From the NCBI GenBank assembly GCA_024679065.1, contig JAGIQG010000011.1, positions 54,374,001 through 54,438,000 of the forward strand: 64,000 nt of DNA, written 5' to 3'. A program made the translations under genes and the position numbers. This document shows, piece by piece, positions 1 through 12,087 of the stretch (position 1 is its first letter; every line of letters begins with the position of its first letter). Origin of the DNA: Sphyrna mokarran. Lineage: Eukaryota. The notes beneath the pieces were generated by a model. It saw nothing but the letters and a program-made list of their open reading frames with translations. It was not told the DNA's origin and ran no database searches.

Positions 1-297
1 CAGCTATAAAGACATCCGCAAGTGAGATGTGAATATGATGGGTATTTGACATTGACAACTGATGTCTGCGATCTCTGGAGACCAATTGTTTGGAAGAGCT
101 TTTGAAGAGACCAGCAGAAACAAAAAGCTGAGCTGGATTGGAAGATGATCCAGATAAATCACGCAACTTGGCCATTTTCTTTCTCTGCAGCAAATGCAGT
201 AGAGATTGCCATGTTCGAGTGGGGCTTCTGAACTACGTCAGATGATATTGACCATCTCTGTATAAACCACTGTTTCATAAGATGAAAGGCTGCCACT
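1..297 (+). mobile_element. RTE-clade LINE 3' fragment
   Basis: Decayed frame ending FLCSKCSRDCHVRVGLLNYVR resembles the C-terminal Cys motif of RTE LINE ORFs. A short 3' tail (gatgaaaggctgcca) follows. Confidence 0.55.
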
Positions 298-516
298 AAT
301 CTCTATAGGGAATAAGACACACTTAGTGTTGTGCAGAGGGAGGAAAAGTATCATCAATGAAGAGAGGAATTGAATTCCCTGAAATAGGAACATGTAATCT
401 GCTTATTGCCATAGAGGATTGGTGCTTCATTGTCAGGCAACAGGTTGATTTCCAACAATAAGTGATTCTTGATTCTCACTTTTGTGTTAATTTCTTTGGT
501 TCTGAACTGTTTGCAG

Positions 517-665
517 GCAATAACCCCGGACAAGGTCAGATTCTGAACACTCGGCCACAGATCAAAGAGAGTGACTTGCTGATAAAGAGAAGAAATGAGC
601 CACAACATACCGTTGATTCATCAGATGAATTGAAAATAGCATTAGAGACAGAGAAATACTGTAAG
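517..665 (+). CDS. TANK: TANK internal coding exon (phase 1 to 0): (G)NNPGQGQILNTRPQIKESDLLIKRRNEPQHTVDSSDELKIALETEKYCK
   Basis: Acceptor tgtttgcag| at 516 and donor AAG|gtaaaa at 665. The 149-nt exon joins in frame to 8313. Its position matches the human DNNYG...EKLPK segment (recalled), with weak sequence similarity. Confidence 0.7.
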
Positions 666-2029
666 GTAAAAAAAGCTCTGTATTTACAAATGACTTGAAG
701 GATACCATCATTCTTACATTTCAATACAATATTCCTTTCTCTCTTTCTGTATCACTAATTTTCTCTTTCATTTGCTTCTCCAGCATGGAAAGTTCATAAC
801 CAAATAGGCTCTATTGACCATATTGACAAACATACAATTCCACAGCTGTCAGTGCCTGGCCTCACCAAAGCCATAGGGCTCTACCAGTGCCTTAGCTGAG
901 ATGGGTTAACTTTACACTGACTAGGACTGAAACCACATACCTCCCAAGACTATTCATGGAGTAAATTTGCTCAAGTTATTGATAGCTTCCTCATTTGTCC
1001 TCAGCTCCTTTTTATGTATTGGCCGTTCACAATGCCACTACCTTTTAATTTCTTTACTCCTTCTGCCACTTTTTGCATTTACCCTTCTCTCTGTTACCCT
1101 TCACACATCCTCTCCCTCTTTTACCCTTGGCAATGTCTGTCTGTCCTCTCCACTTGCCTGCATACTCAATCTCTTTGCACATGTATGTCTCTACCTGTCA
1201 TACCCCCTCCCCATCTTGTGTTTGTTTCCTTTCTATTTTTACACATGCTCATTCCTTTTTTTCTTTCTCACAAGCTTTTACAGTGAGCAGTTTTTTGGCT
1301 CCAATTGAAATGAATGAAACTGCTATTTTAAAACAGGTAGCTTTTGTTATTAGGGTGGGAACAAATTCAAAATGATAGTTCCCTTTGAGTTCCACATATT
1401 TTATCAACATGGGTCAATTCTGTTTGTTGGATTTGTTCAATTTTCAATTTTTATACTGAATATTTTCCTCTGAAGAAGTAAACCAGAACCTAAACAACCT
1501 TTAACATAATTCTTCATTTTATACTGACCGAAGTATAGAGCAAGTGATAAACTCAGCAATCTTGCCTTTGTACTCTGGTTCATTAGACATACAATATGTT
1601 CTCATATCATTGCCTTGAATTGTTAAATGGAAAAATAAATATTCTCAGCCTGTGATTTATGGTAAATTACAACATTGAACCGGTAAGTGAACAATATTAA
1701 ATACAAACAGTACAGCAATCCTAAATTTTACTTGTTTTCAAAATTCTAAGGCACTTACCAAGGTCCTTCTGTGCTAACACTTCAAGAAGTTTTATTGTTT
1801 ATGAATTGCTAAGAAGCCTGTAAAAGTTCTAAACCAAATCCTTGAAACATGTATGACTAACATTATGATTCAATACTATGAATCTACAGGCCGTCTTGAT
1901 GCTTCTGTGGTGGAACAGAAACTTTAGATGGACAAATGGCTGTCATTTAGATTTTGCTGTTCCCTGTCTTCCAGATTAGAGAGACAGTTGCAGCAGATGG
2001 ATAGGCGGAGGTGGATTTGGGGGAGACAA

Positions 2030-2300
2030 TGACAGAGGGATAATGTCATTGCAGCAGTAATCCAAAAGCCCAGGCTAATGGGAACATGAGTTCAATTCCC
2101 ACCATGGCAGCTGGTGGAATTTAAATTCAATTAAAACATCTGGAATATAAAGCTAGTTTCAGTCATGGTGATCATGACAACCACATGGATTATTATAAAA
2201 TCCCATTAGGTTCATTAATGTTTTTTAGGGTAGAAAATCTGCTATCCTTTGGAGTGGGCAACAAATTGCCAATGGTATCCACATCCCATGGGAGAATAGA
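2030..2300 (+). mobile_element. tRNA-derived shark SINE fragment
   Basis: taatgtcattgcagcagtaatccaaaagcccaggctaat...gagttcaattccc (B-box-like). Related copies lie on the - strand at about 50915-51340 and 53890-54220. Confidence 0.55.
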
Positions 2301-2479
2301 GGGGAAAAGAACTATGATTTCAAGGTGTCATTGATATTGTGTTGTTTACTCACCCTAAGATCAATAAGAATCATGAGCCATTAGAGCGATGTGACACCAT
2401 GGGAAATGTGGCCCATCTCTCAGCATGGCAGCATGTTACCCCATAATCCAAAGGAGACAATACTCCACTTGAGGCAGAA

Positions 2480-3525
2480 CTGGTGTTTTATAAAGATTTA
2501 TCATAACTCCATGTTTTTGTACACTATACCTCCATAAAGGTCAGGATCTCATTTTTTTATCAACCATTTTTTCAACCTGAAAGCCAATAAACTTCAAAAT
2601 CTCACTATTCTGCACCTTCTGCAGAATTGTACCCTTTAATTTATATTGCTTCTTGTTTTTCCTGAAAAAATGCATCACTTCACATTTTGCTGCGTTAAAT
2701 CTTATCTGCAACATATCCACCAATTCCATCAATTTCTCTGTGACTTCTTGAAATCTATCATTATCCTTCATACAGTTCACATTATTTCTAACATTTAGGT
2801 GATTTGCAGATTTTGAAATTGTACCTGTGCATTCAAGGCTAAATCATGAATATAGATCAATGAAAGAAATGGTCTTAGTACTGATCCCTGTGGAGCCTCA
2901 CTGTATACCTTCCTTCAGTTTGAACAACTATTTCCATTTCCCATCACTCAATCAACTTTCTATCCATGCTATCACTCTCCCTTTTATTCTACAGGCCTCA
3001 TTTATGCTGGTAAATCTACGAAATGACACTTTATTAAATGTATTTTGGAAGTTCATATATTTTGTACACCATATCACCACAACCTCATCAACCATCTCCA
3101 AAACTCAGTCAGGTTATTTCAACACAATTCGCCTTGAAAAGATCCGTAATGGGTTTTCCTTAATTAATCTTAATGAGTACTCTAAGTTATATAACCTTAA
3201 TTTCTTATTAGAAATTTGAACAAATCTTTTCATTCCACACATAAGGAGCATGAACTGTTCCTTATCTGACATAGAACATAGAACACTACAGCACAATCAG
3301 GCCCTTCGGCCCACCAAGTCACGCCAATCACATCTATACCTACCAAGCCATAGAACTATCTATAACCCCCAATCCCATTAGATCCCATATACTCATCCAG
3401 AAGTCTTTTAAAAGACCCCAGTGAGTTCGCCTCTACCACCACCGACGGCAGCCGATTCCATTCACTCACCACCCTCTGAGTGAAAAACCTACCCCTAACA
3501 TCTCCTCTGCACTTGCTTCCCTGCA
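2480..3525 (-). mobile_element. CR1/HER1-type LINE fragments (RT region plus a separate 3' end)
   Basis: Minus-strand ORF 2541-2780 has CR1 RT-like LQIRFNAAKCEVMHF. 3270-3525 is a reversed CR1 3' tail (catagaacatagaaca...ggcccttcggccc). Confidence 0.75.
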
Positions 3526-3658
3526 CCATATTGAAGTTAATTATTTGTCTGATAGAAACTTTGATATGGAATCATTCCTTGCACGAAACTGAAATGATTA
3601 CAACAAAAGATGCTGTTTTACCTTTCCATAGAAATAGGAAAGAGCTTGCATCTATATA

Positions 3659-6464
3659 CAGGAACCGGGTACCACATCCGGGAAGCTTGGGACTGGATTT
3701 GAGAATTTACAGATTTTGGCTTCTAGGTCTAGCATGTATTATAATTTTCATGCACTTATAATGTATGAAATAAAGAATAACAGGATTTTATTTACTTGTA
3801 TTACCTTAATATTTGATTATTTAACTTCATTATTTTGAAGTACATCACAGTAGAAGAAATGTCTGGGTCAGTAGCTGGTGAACAGACATAGCCTGGGGAA
3901 GTTGAAGTTTGAGGCTCTGTTGTACCTCTCTTAAACATGTCTTGAAACTTAAATTTCAGATATTTGGGCCTTTCTTTCAGGAACACCTCTTGTATTTTGT
4001 GGACCCCTCTCCCAACTTGCTGCTCCTTATGATGTTCTTCTCAATCCCATAAGTCAATTCGTATTCAATGTTTATGCAGGTCAATAGACACGTTTTCCTG
4101 TTCATCCAGCCTTTTTCATTATCATCATTATCACTCTCATTCCCTTTATTCATGACTGTGTTGCATATTTCACTCTGAGTTAGAGTGAACCTGAGTATAT
4201 TTATCACTATTCATAGTAGCCTGAATAGCTTCTTCATGGTGACAGAACATGAAAACTTTTGCATACACCAATAAATCTTTTTTACCCCCCAGTCACACAA
4301 AACCACTGAAATTAGGTTCAATTTCATCTTCACAATGTAGCAATATAATAAATTGCCACACGTTGTGTCATCAAAACATTTTGGAACACGTTACTCCTGC
4401 CCTCACAGCACTTGAGAGTGCATCTTTTATACTGAATTATTTTTGGAATTCCTTAAATCCCAAGTCTCTGTTACATGCAGTGAGCATTTTGCGCATCAGT
4501 TCAACCTTTTACCTTGCCTTGAATACCTACGGAATGATTTGGTCCATGGGCTGAATAAGGTATGTACAGTTGGAGGAAAAATAAACTCAGAAAACATTGG
4601 CTGGAATTTTATTTCCTTGCTCAGGCGAGGCTCGTAAAATCCCACCTGGGGCTAATAGAGAATTCTGTCCTGAGAGCCTCACCTGCCCAGGAACAGCAGT
4701 AAAATTTGGGTAATTGTCTTTGATGAGAAGTTCTGCATTGGGTTGTGCAGCAATTATTAAGAATTAGCATAATTTTGCAGCCCTGGGAAGATCAGCAGAC
4801 TGAAACTGAGCTCTGGCTTCAAAGACAAAATAAAAGAATCAGTGAAGGAAGATTTGTCTCATCATCCTTACAGTCTTATTGGCCTGATAAACAATGGGGA
4901 AAATACTATCCCTTGGAAGACTAGGATTTTGGCTTTTGCCAATAACAAACAATTTATACCTTTGGCTACTTGCTACATTTGAACATATGAGTATAATAAG
5001 CCATTCCTTTAAATCCCATTGGTGCTGTTTATTCCAGTATTACATCCTTCTTTTGATGCATTTGGAACATCACTTTCTGCTTTGTACTGAATGACAATCC
5101 GTTCTCTTGGTACTTTTGCCAGCCACAGAACTTCCTGCTGGCTTCTTCAACATGAAGCCAGAGCTAATAAAAACTAAAATAGTAGAAAGGTGCTTGTTCA
5201 AGCAGTGTTCAAACTTTGTGTAATTGATGAGGGAATCAGCAGTGCCACCAAATAAAGTATCAATTTTAAAAACTCTGCATGTCAATTACAAATTGCTATC
5301 ACAATCACCATCATTGAATGTAATCTGTTTTTGTGTCCTTCTAGATTTTGGGACACAGGATACGGGTTCCAGTATCTGTCATGTCCTCAGGATGTCCAAA
5401 GTGCTTTATTGTCAGTTATGGCTTTTGCAATGTAGTCATTGTTGTAATATAAGACATGCATCAGCTAATTTGTACACAGCAAGTTCACAATAACAGCAAT
5501 TACATAAATAGCAAATTTTCGATTTCTTGATATTGATTGAAAATGTTCGTCGTGACGTCTGGATAATTTCCCAGTTCTTCCTTGAATAGTGCGGAAGGAT
5601 CTTATGGCATCCACACAGAGAACATAGGGGCCATGGTTTAATGCTTGGGAACATACCTCCAATTTAATGAGGTCTTATCAACATTGTCCACTTGCTCTGC
5701 TGTTAAACCATCTTCCAATATTATCATGGAAAATTAATCCAATTATGCCTCTTCAGCTTGGTGATCAACCGCAGCTTTTTCACCTCGTGCTTTCATGAGA
5801 TGTACACTATGGCATTTTAAAAATTTGTTATACCAACCTGTTGAATATTCATATTGGTGATATTAGACCTAACTCTTCATAGAATATTTTCATTTATGAT
5901 AATGAAGTAGTCGAACTGATACTTTTCACTCCAACAATGCCTGATCCATTCCATTAACACTTTGTCAACATGGATAATCTTTGACTGATGAAGTATATCT
6001 CTACAATCCATTAATTTGGCATATCATTAACAGTGTAAAATTTACATAAGTTCTCCATTTGCTTCTTCAAATCATAAATGGTTTATTATACTAACATAAT
6101 ATTCTTCATTTAATCTTTTCACTGAGGCATTCTTCTTTCGATGCATTTGGAATCTCACTTTCTGCTTTGTACTGAATGACAAATCTGTCCTCTTGGCTCT
6201 TCTGCCAACTATGGGACTTCCTGCTGGCTTCTTTGATATGAAACCAGAGCTAACCAAAACTAAAATAATAGAAAGATGCTTGTTCAAGCAGTGTTCAAAC
6301 TTTGTGTAATTGATGAGGGAATCAGCTGTGCCACCAAATAAAGTATCAATTTTAAAAACTCTGCATGTCAATTACAAATTGCTGTCACAATCACCATCAT
6401 TGAGTGTAACCCGTTTTGGTGTCCTTCCAGCTTTTGGGACATGGGATAAGGATTCCAGTACCTG
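3659..6464 (-). mobile_element. Degenerate Tigger/pogo DNA transposon with a Jerky (JRK/TIGD)-like CENP-B/DDE transposase pseudogene
   Basis: Minus-strand peptides appear in JRK order: SKKPAGS..KRTDLSFSTKQK, TIYDLKKQ, VDKVLMEWIR, EYSTGWYNKF, ARGEKAAVDHQAE, LTAEQVDNVDKTSLNWRYVP, LFVIGKSQNP, IQPMDQII. Imperfect TIRs start CAGG at 3659 (after TA) and end CCTG at 6464. Many stops and frameshifts. Confidence 0.85.
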
Positions 6465-6736
6465 CCATGCCCTCAGGATGTTCAAAGTGCTTTATCATTA
6501 GTTACTCATGACTTTTGCAACATAGTCACTGTTATAGTGTAAGAAATATATTAGTCATTTTGTGCATAGCAAGTTCACAGTAATAGCAATTACATAAATA
6601 GCAAATTATCGATTTCTTAATGTTGATTGAAAAATGTTCATCATGACATCTGGATAATTCCACTGCTCTTTGTTGAATAGTGCAGAAGGATCTTTTGACA
6701 TCCACACAGAAAGACATAGGGGCCATGGTTTAATGC
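5043..6736. repeat. Diverged direct duplication of about 600 bp (5043-5644 vs 6128-6736)
   Basis: The two segments align colinearly by eye and give near-identical ORFs 5070-5285 / 6072-6371 and 5224-5493 / 6310-6501. Confidence 0.95.
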
Positions 6737-6890
6737 CTCATTCAAGAAACAGAACTTTCACAATGCATTATTACTTCAGGATTACACTGAATTGTCAGCC
6801 TAACTTGTGTACTCAAATTTCTCTTGTGGAGCTTGAACTCACAATCATCTCACTATAATGTGAGAATGCTACCACTCACCAAAGGTGACA
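6465..6890 (-). mobile_element. Deu-domain SINE (SacSINE1/AmnSINE1-like), split by the Tigger; its tail end lies at about 3640-3658
   Basis: Reverse-complement similarity to the copy at 54255-54690 (ctcaggatgttcaaagtgctt, agcaagttcac, gggccatggtttaatg). Confidence 0.7.
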
Positions 6891-7074
6891 TGTATGATCA
6901 GAGCTCTTCTATAAGAGAGGTTGCTGAATCCATTTATGGCAACAAGATAAAACTAGTGACAGCTGGTTATTGCAGTGTTTCTGCAAAAGCATGCTTCATA
7001 CCACTTCATAGAGAGAAAGGATTGTTGATGTAATTCCCACCTATGTGAGTCGGCTTATGTGGGGGGAAAAAAGG

Positions 7075-7600
7075 AGTTGCATTTTTGTAAAAGCACAGAA
7101 CAAAACACTTTTACATCCAGTCAAGTACTTTGGAAATAAAAGCAAAATATTGTGGATGTTGGAAATCTGAAATAAAAACAGAAAATGCTGGAAGGACCCA
7201 ACAGGTCTGCCATCATCTGTGGAGAGAGGAACAAAGTTAACATTTTGAATCCATATGACTCTTCAGAGCTTTTAAAGTATAATGATGTTGTAATGGAAGA
7301 AATTTAACTAGCCATTAGCAAGCTCCCACAAACACTCAAATAATCTGGTTTGTGATGCTGATTGACAGCTAACCATTGGCCGTGACGCTAGAGAAAACTC
7401 CTGATCTCTTCTTTGAAATAGTCTCATGGTGTCTTTATCCTAACCCAAGAGGACAGACAAGGTCTTGGTTTAACATCTCGTCTGTCGGGTGGCACCTCCA
7501 ACAGAAGAGCACTCCCTCAGTGCTGCACTGGAGTGCCAGCCTTAATGTTTGTGTTCAAATTCTGGAATGGGACATGAACACACAACCATCTGATAATAGT
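7075..7600 (-). mobile_element. Deu-domain SINE interrupted by a Penelope-derived segment (about 7135-7270)
   Basis: cttggtttaacatctc...gcactccctcagtgctgcactggagtgccagcct motif. The insert reads aaaacagaaaatgctggaa...catctgtggagagag. Confidence 0.65.
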
Positions 7601-7618
7601 TATAGTGACAATGGAGCA

Positions 7619-7885
7619 GGCGGCATGGTGGCACAGTGGTTAACACTGCCTCAGTGCCAGGGACCTGTGTTCAATTCCCGGCTTGCTTCACTGTCTGTGT
7701 GGAGTTTGCATGTTCTCCCAGTGTCTCCTCTGGGTACTCCAATTTCCTCCTACATTCTGAAAGCCATGCTAGTTAGCTGCATTGATCCAAACAGATGCTG
7801 GACTATGCCGACTAGGGTAACTTCACAGTAACTTCATTGCAATATTAATGTAAAGCTTACTTGTAATTAATAAATAAACTTTTAA
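7619..7885 (+). mobile_element. HE1-like tRNA SINE (tail type B)
   Basis: ggcatggtggcacagtggttaacactgcc (A box), gttcaattcc (B box), ctgtgtggagtttgcatgttctccc core, and tail gtaacttcattgc...taataaataaacttt. Confidence 0.85.
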
Positions 7886-8312
7886 AACTGAACTAGTAAC
7901 ATGTAGTCACCTGTTTCATCATGCCTTTAAATTTGGCCACAGTTTTGAGATTTGCCATTTTTGAAAATTCAACAGCTGACAAGGATTTAACAACTTTCAA
8001 TTCTATTCATTTGAAACAAATCCAATGATGCCATTATGCTATGATTTTCATGTTTCATTGACACTTATTACAATAATAAGGCACTAGTAATGAGCTATGC
8101 ATTCAACACAATGATTACTTGTGATTAAAACCTGGAGTAGAATTCAATTCATTGAGTGATCAACTTATAAAATTGCATTTGGTCTGGGGATGGTTTTATC
8201 GGATTGTTGAGTCCACTGTGAATCTGTTGAATATGCTTGGTTATTGTTCTGTAATATGCATGCCTTGATACAACGCTGATATAAGTTTTGGTTACTTTTA
8301 ATTGTTTTATAG

Positions 8313-8504
8313 CTCCAGGAGCAGTTAGAAACTGAAAATAGTAGGTTAAAAGAACAGATAAAGGATTATCAACAAAAGCAAAAGGAACTTAAAAGAGATA
8401 TTGAAGAAAGAGATCATGAACTCAGACAGCTGAGAAAAGAATTAAAGGAAGATACTGGCTTCTTTACACGTGGTAAACAGCTCTACTGTACACCAGACTT
8501 ACAG
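8313..8504 (+). CDS. TANK: TANK coiled-coil exon (phase 0 to 0): LQEQLETENSRLKEQIKDYQQKQKELKRDIEERDHELRQLRKELKEDTGFFTRGKQLYCTPDLQ
   Basis: Acceptor ttgttttatag| and donor CAG|gtaaga. The 192 nt are open, with heptad-like E/K/Q/L composition, and in frame with both neighbours. Absent from the ORF track. Confidence 0.8.
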
Positions 8505-8849
8505 GTAAGATGCAAAGATGAGATATTGTCATTGCTTCTCATAAAAATGTTCGGATCGGGTACCTGTTGACAAAGTAGCTCCTTTTAATCAGAAGAATGG
8601 GTCTATTTGTTCATATTGGTACTTAAACTGGTTACAGGCAATGTTTACTTTAATCTTTTTTGGAATAATGACCCCCTTAAACTTTTTTGCATGGCTCCAA
8701 ATATGTATATTAAAGGGGCTGTCTTGCACATGACCTAAGCAGGGACTTAATAAGTTTCATCAGAGCTGTACAGTTCAAGGGAATATTGGTTGTGGGGCTA
8801 TTTCCTATCATTACTTCAAAAACAGCCATCAGAAATACGGGCACCAGTG

Positions 8850-9350
8850 AATCATAGAATAGCAGAAATGTAAGGCATAGAATGAGTCCACTGGGCCGAT
8901 ACCAGCCTATTGAGAGTTATTCATCCTAATCCCACTTTCCAGCTCTTAATTTGTGCACTAAGAGGTTATGACACTTCATGTCCAAGTGCTTTTTAAATGC
9001 ATTGAGGGTCTTCTATCTGTACCACCTTTTCAGGTAGTGAGCTTCAGACCTCTCCACCAGCATGGAGATGAAAATAGTTCTCAACTCTGCTCTAATTCTT
9101 CAATCAATTACTTAAATAACTGCCTCCTCCCAACTCTGGTTATTGATCTCTGTGCTGAGGAAAATAGGTCCTTCCTATCCTAAAATTTGGGCTCCTCAAT
9201 TTTACACACCTCACAGAAATCTTTCCTCAGCCTCTTGTTTTTGAAGCAAAACAATCTCAGCCTGACCAATCATTCCTCATAATTAAAGCTTTCTGTTGCT
9301 GGCGACGTCCTTGTGTATTTTCTCTGTATTATCTTTAGTGTGATTTAGTA
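8850..9350 (-). mobile_element. CR1-type LINE 3' fragment
   Basis: gaatcatagaat tail, taccaccttttcaggtagtgagcttcagacc, aacaatctcagcctgaccaatcattcctcataa. Confidence 0.7.
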
Positions 9351-9875
9351 AAGTTGTAAAATGGATTTTTGCTGCATGCCAAAATTTAGCTCTTGCTTCA
9401 TTGGGTAAGAAGCACCGTGCTTCTTTAAACTGTCACTGGCTGATATCTTTATTTCTGACGTTTTCTGTTTTGATTTCTTAACAAGAGTGTGATCTACTGT
9501 ACTTACATTCTGCTGTAAATACAAGAACGAACACGATCCATTTTCCTGTTGTGTTGATTTGTAAGATGAGGCCTAATGAAGTTTTTGTGATTTATTGTAT
9601 TTTTGATGTTTATTTCTCATTATTTCTGTTGCTTACCATGCTAAGTTGCTACTTACCATGGATAATGGATATTGCAGACCAGAGGTTTATTCATGTTTAG
9701 ATCTTGAGAATCTGCATGTTATTTATTTTTGTGTAGAACTATTGTCTTAATAGTATGCTACATATATGAAGGTTAAACTTAAAAGTGGTTTCATATTGTC
9801 ACCCATCTGAGTAGTATGCAGGCGCTTCTTCTGTATTTATAGAATGCTTTACAACTATCATGGCTAACAAACATT

Positions 9876-10479
9876 GGGGCGAATCTTGCTGGCAACACAC
9901 AGTTTGATGTCACACTCAAATTAGCCAGTGAATTCAGGGGATGAGGCTGAAATTCTGCAGAATTTGCTGATCGATTTATGCTGGTGCACTCTTTGTTTCA
10001 AGCAAACACTACCTTGTTAGTCTCACCCTTATTTTTAGGAATTTGCTTGATTTTTCACATTAATTGACACCTATGTTCATAGAAAGTTAGGACAGGTGAA
10101 AATACATGATAATTGTTAATAAAAGCCAATCAATCTCTCTTGATTATAGCCAATTATTGTTGGAAATTGTAAAAAGTATCATTTTAAACTCCTGACTTTT
10201 CAGTTTTTTTACCATTCCTTCTTGTTCTCTTATCTAATATTTCTTTCCATCTTTGTTTCTCTTTCTGTGTCTGATTTGGATCTAATTCACCCTCCTTCAT
10301 TGTTTCCCTGTTTCTGTTCCAATCCATAAATCTTTTTGGTTAAGAAGATACACTGTTGGTCCCAGCCAGACTTATGTGCTTCCTGCATTTTACAGCACAA
10401 AATAACTTTTACCTGAAGGGTGTTGGAGAAGACCTAATTAACAATACATTGTCAGATACTCCACCTTAAAATTTGCCCC
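9876..10479. mobile_element. Non-autonomous DNA transposon (MITE; PIF/Harbinger-like termini)
   Basis: Inverted termini ggggcgaatctt / aaaatttgcccc, flanked by a 3-bp ATT duplication. Related internal sequence recurs at about 21720-22230. Confidence 0.6.
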
Positions 10480-11119
10480 ATTATCTTGTTTTGACTATCG
10501 AGAAGGAAAAATAATTATTTTTCATTCTGCAAGCATTGAGTATGTCAAGAAATCTGTCAGGCAATCTTAATCTTTGAACCTAACTTTGATCATTCTTCTC
10601 AATTCAAAACTGAAATTTGCTGGAAACACACAGATCACTCAGCATCTACCAAGACAGGCAAATTAATGTTTGGATAGGGCCCATTCAGAAATGTTTGGGA
10701 GAAGAATCTGGACCTGTAAAGATAACTTACCAGTCTCTTCAAAGCGCTGACTGGCTTTGTGTTGCCAACATTTTCAGTGTTCAATTCAAATTTCCAATAG
10801 CTTCAGTATTTTATGTTTTGTTTTAATTGAAATGGAAGCTTTTCACCTGGAATAGAACAATTGACAATATCAAGAAGTAGGAGTTGCAATCAGACACCAT
10901 TCATCCAGTGAATGATATACAATGGAAGTGATAATACAGAGTCTGCTTCACAGGAGTGGCAGATGATGTTATGAAACTAACCAAAAACTGGAAGTTTCCA
11001 CACTCGATTCATTACAAGAAAGAGTTTATCTCTGTCTCTTCATTTAACTGTCTCTACATTTCTTGTAATTTCTAAATCATCTTCCATTTATTTGTCTTTG
11101 CTCTCTGTCACGGCACAGT

Positions 11120-11423
11120 ATGGTCGCACAGTGGTTAGCACTGCTGCCTCAACGCCAGAGGCCTGGGTTCAATTCTAACCGCGAGTGACAAAGTCTGTGT
11201 GTTCTCCCCTTGTCTGCATGCGTTTCTTCCAGCTACTCCAGTTTTCTCCCACAGTCCAAAGATGTGCGGGTTAGGTGGATTGGCCATGCTAAATTCACTC
11301 TTGTGTCAGGGGACTAACAAGGTAAATATGTAAGGTAATGGGAATAGAGCCTGGATGGGATTGTGGTCAGTACAGACTTGATGGGCTGAAAGGTCTCCTT
11401 TTGTACTGAAGGGATTCTATGAT
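11120..11423 (+). mobile_element. HE1-like SINE with CR1/HER1-type tail (type A)
   Basis: gcacagtggttagcactgctgcctc...gggttcaatt, tccaaagatgtgcgggttaggtggattggccatgctaaatt, and tail gggctgaaaggtctcctt...ggattctatgatt. Confidence 0.85.
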
Positions 11424-11813
11424 TTGACTCTTAGCTCTGTGTCATATGTTTGTTGCCGGCTGTTTCAGACTTTCATTTAGTTCACTCTCTCCTTCCTTCC
11501 CTCCTGTACATCTTTTCTCATTGTCTGTAGATGCCGTTCACATAATTTTGCCATTTTCCCTGTCTTCTACTTTGATTTTTACTCAATCTCTATTTCATTC
11601 TTTCTTTTCCTCTTTATGTTTGTGTCTTAAAGTTTCCTGGTCTACAGAAATACATTCAGTGGTAAGAACCTCTGATAGCAGAAATTACTTTTTCTACTTG
11701 AATATAAAGCCCTGACTCTCCATCCAAATATGGTTGTTCTTTTTGGTATCGTAGGGCACTCTCGCAATACAAAAGTCATCTTGAATATAAGCCAGTTGAT
11801 GAAGTAAAGGTTA

Positions 11814-11850
11814 AACATAGTGTGAACCAACATAGTGTGAACCAACATAG
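11814..11850. repeat. 15-bp tandem repeat, about 2.5 copies (aacatagtgtgaacc)
   Basis: Read directly; exact copies. Confidence 0.9.
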
Positions 11851-12087
11851 AGGCATTTTAAATGGGTAGTCAAATGTTTCCATCCTTACTGAAGGGCTAT
11901 CTATCAGTTTCATCCTTTTTCTAAAAGAAATCCGCTTGTAAAGTTGGGAAATGAGTTCCAAGGAGACAGGAAGAGATCAAATATCTATCTTAATCCTTTT
12001 CGTACTCCCATGGTTTTTGTGGACATTTATTATTTTTTGACCAATCAAATCTCAGAAACCAAACCACAGGGAGTGAGAGGAATGTAC

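Noticed and set aside
967-1375. Three overlapping hydrophobic ORFs
   Set aside because: The CT-rich low-complexity intron sequence lacks stops by composition, with no domain or splice support.
8473-8478. Alternative donor G|GTAAAC within the coiled-coil exon
   Set aside because: It gives phase 1, which hits TGA in the 13191 exon. The 8504 donor is consensus and in frame.
11814-11850. CRISPR-like or functional repeat array
   Set aside because: Just 2.5 head-to-tail 15-mers without spacers in vertebrate intron DNA.
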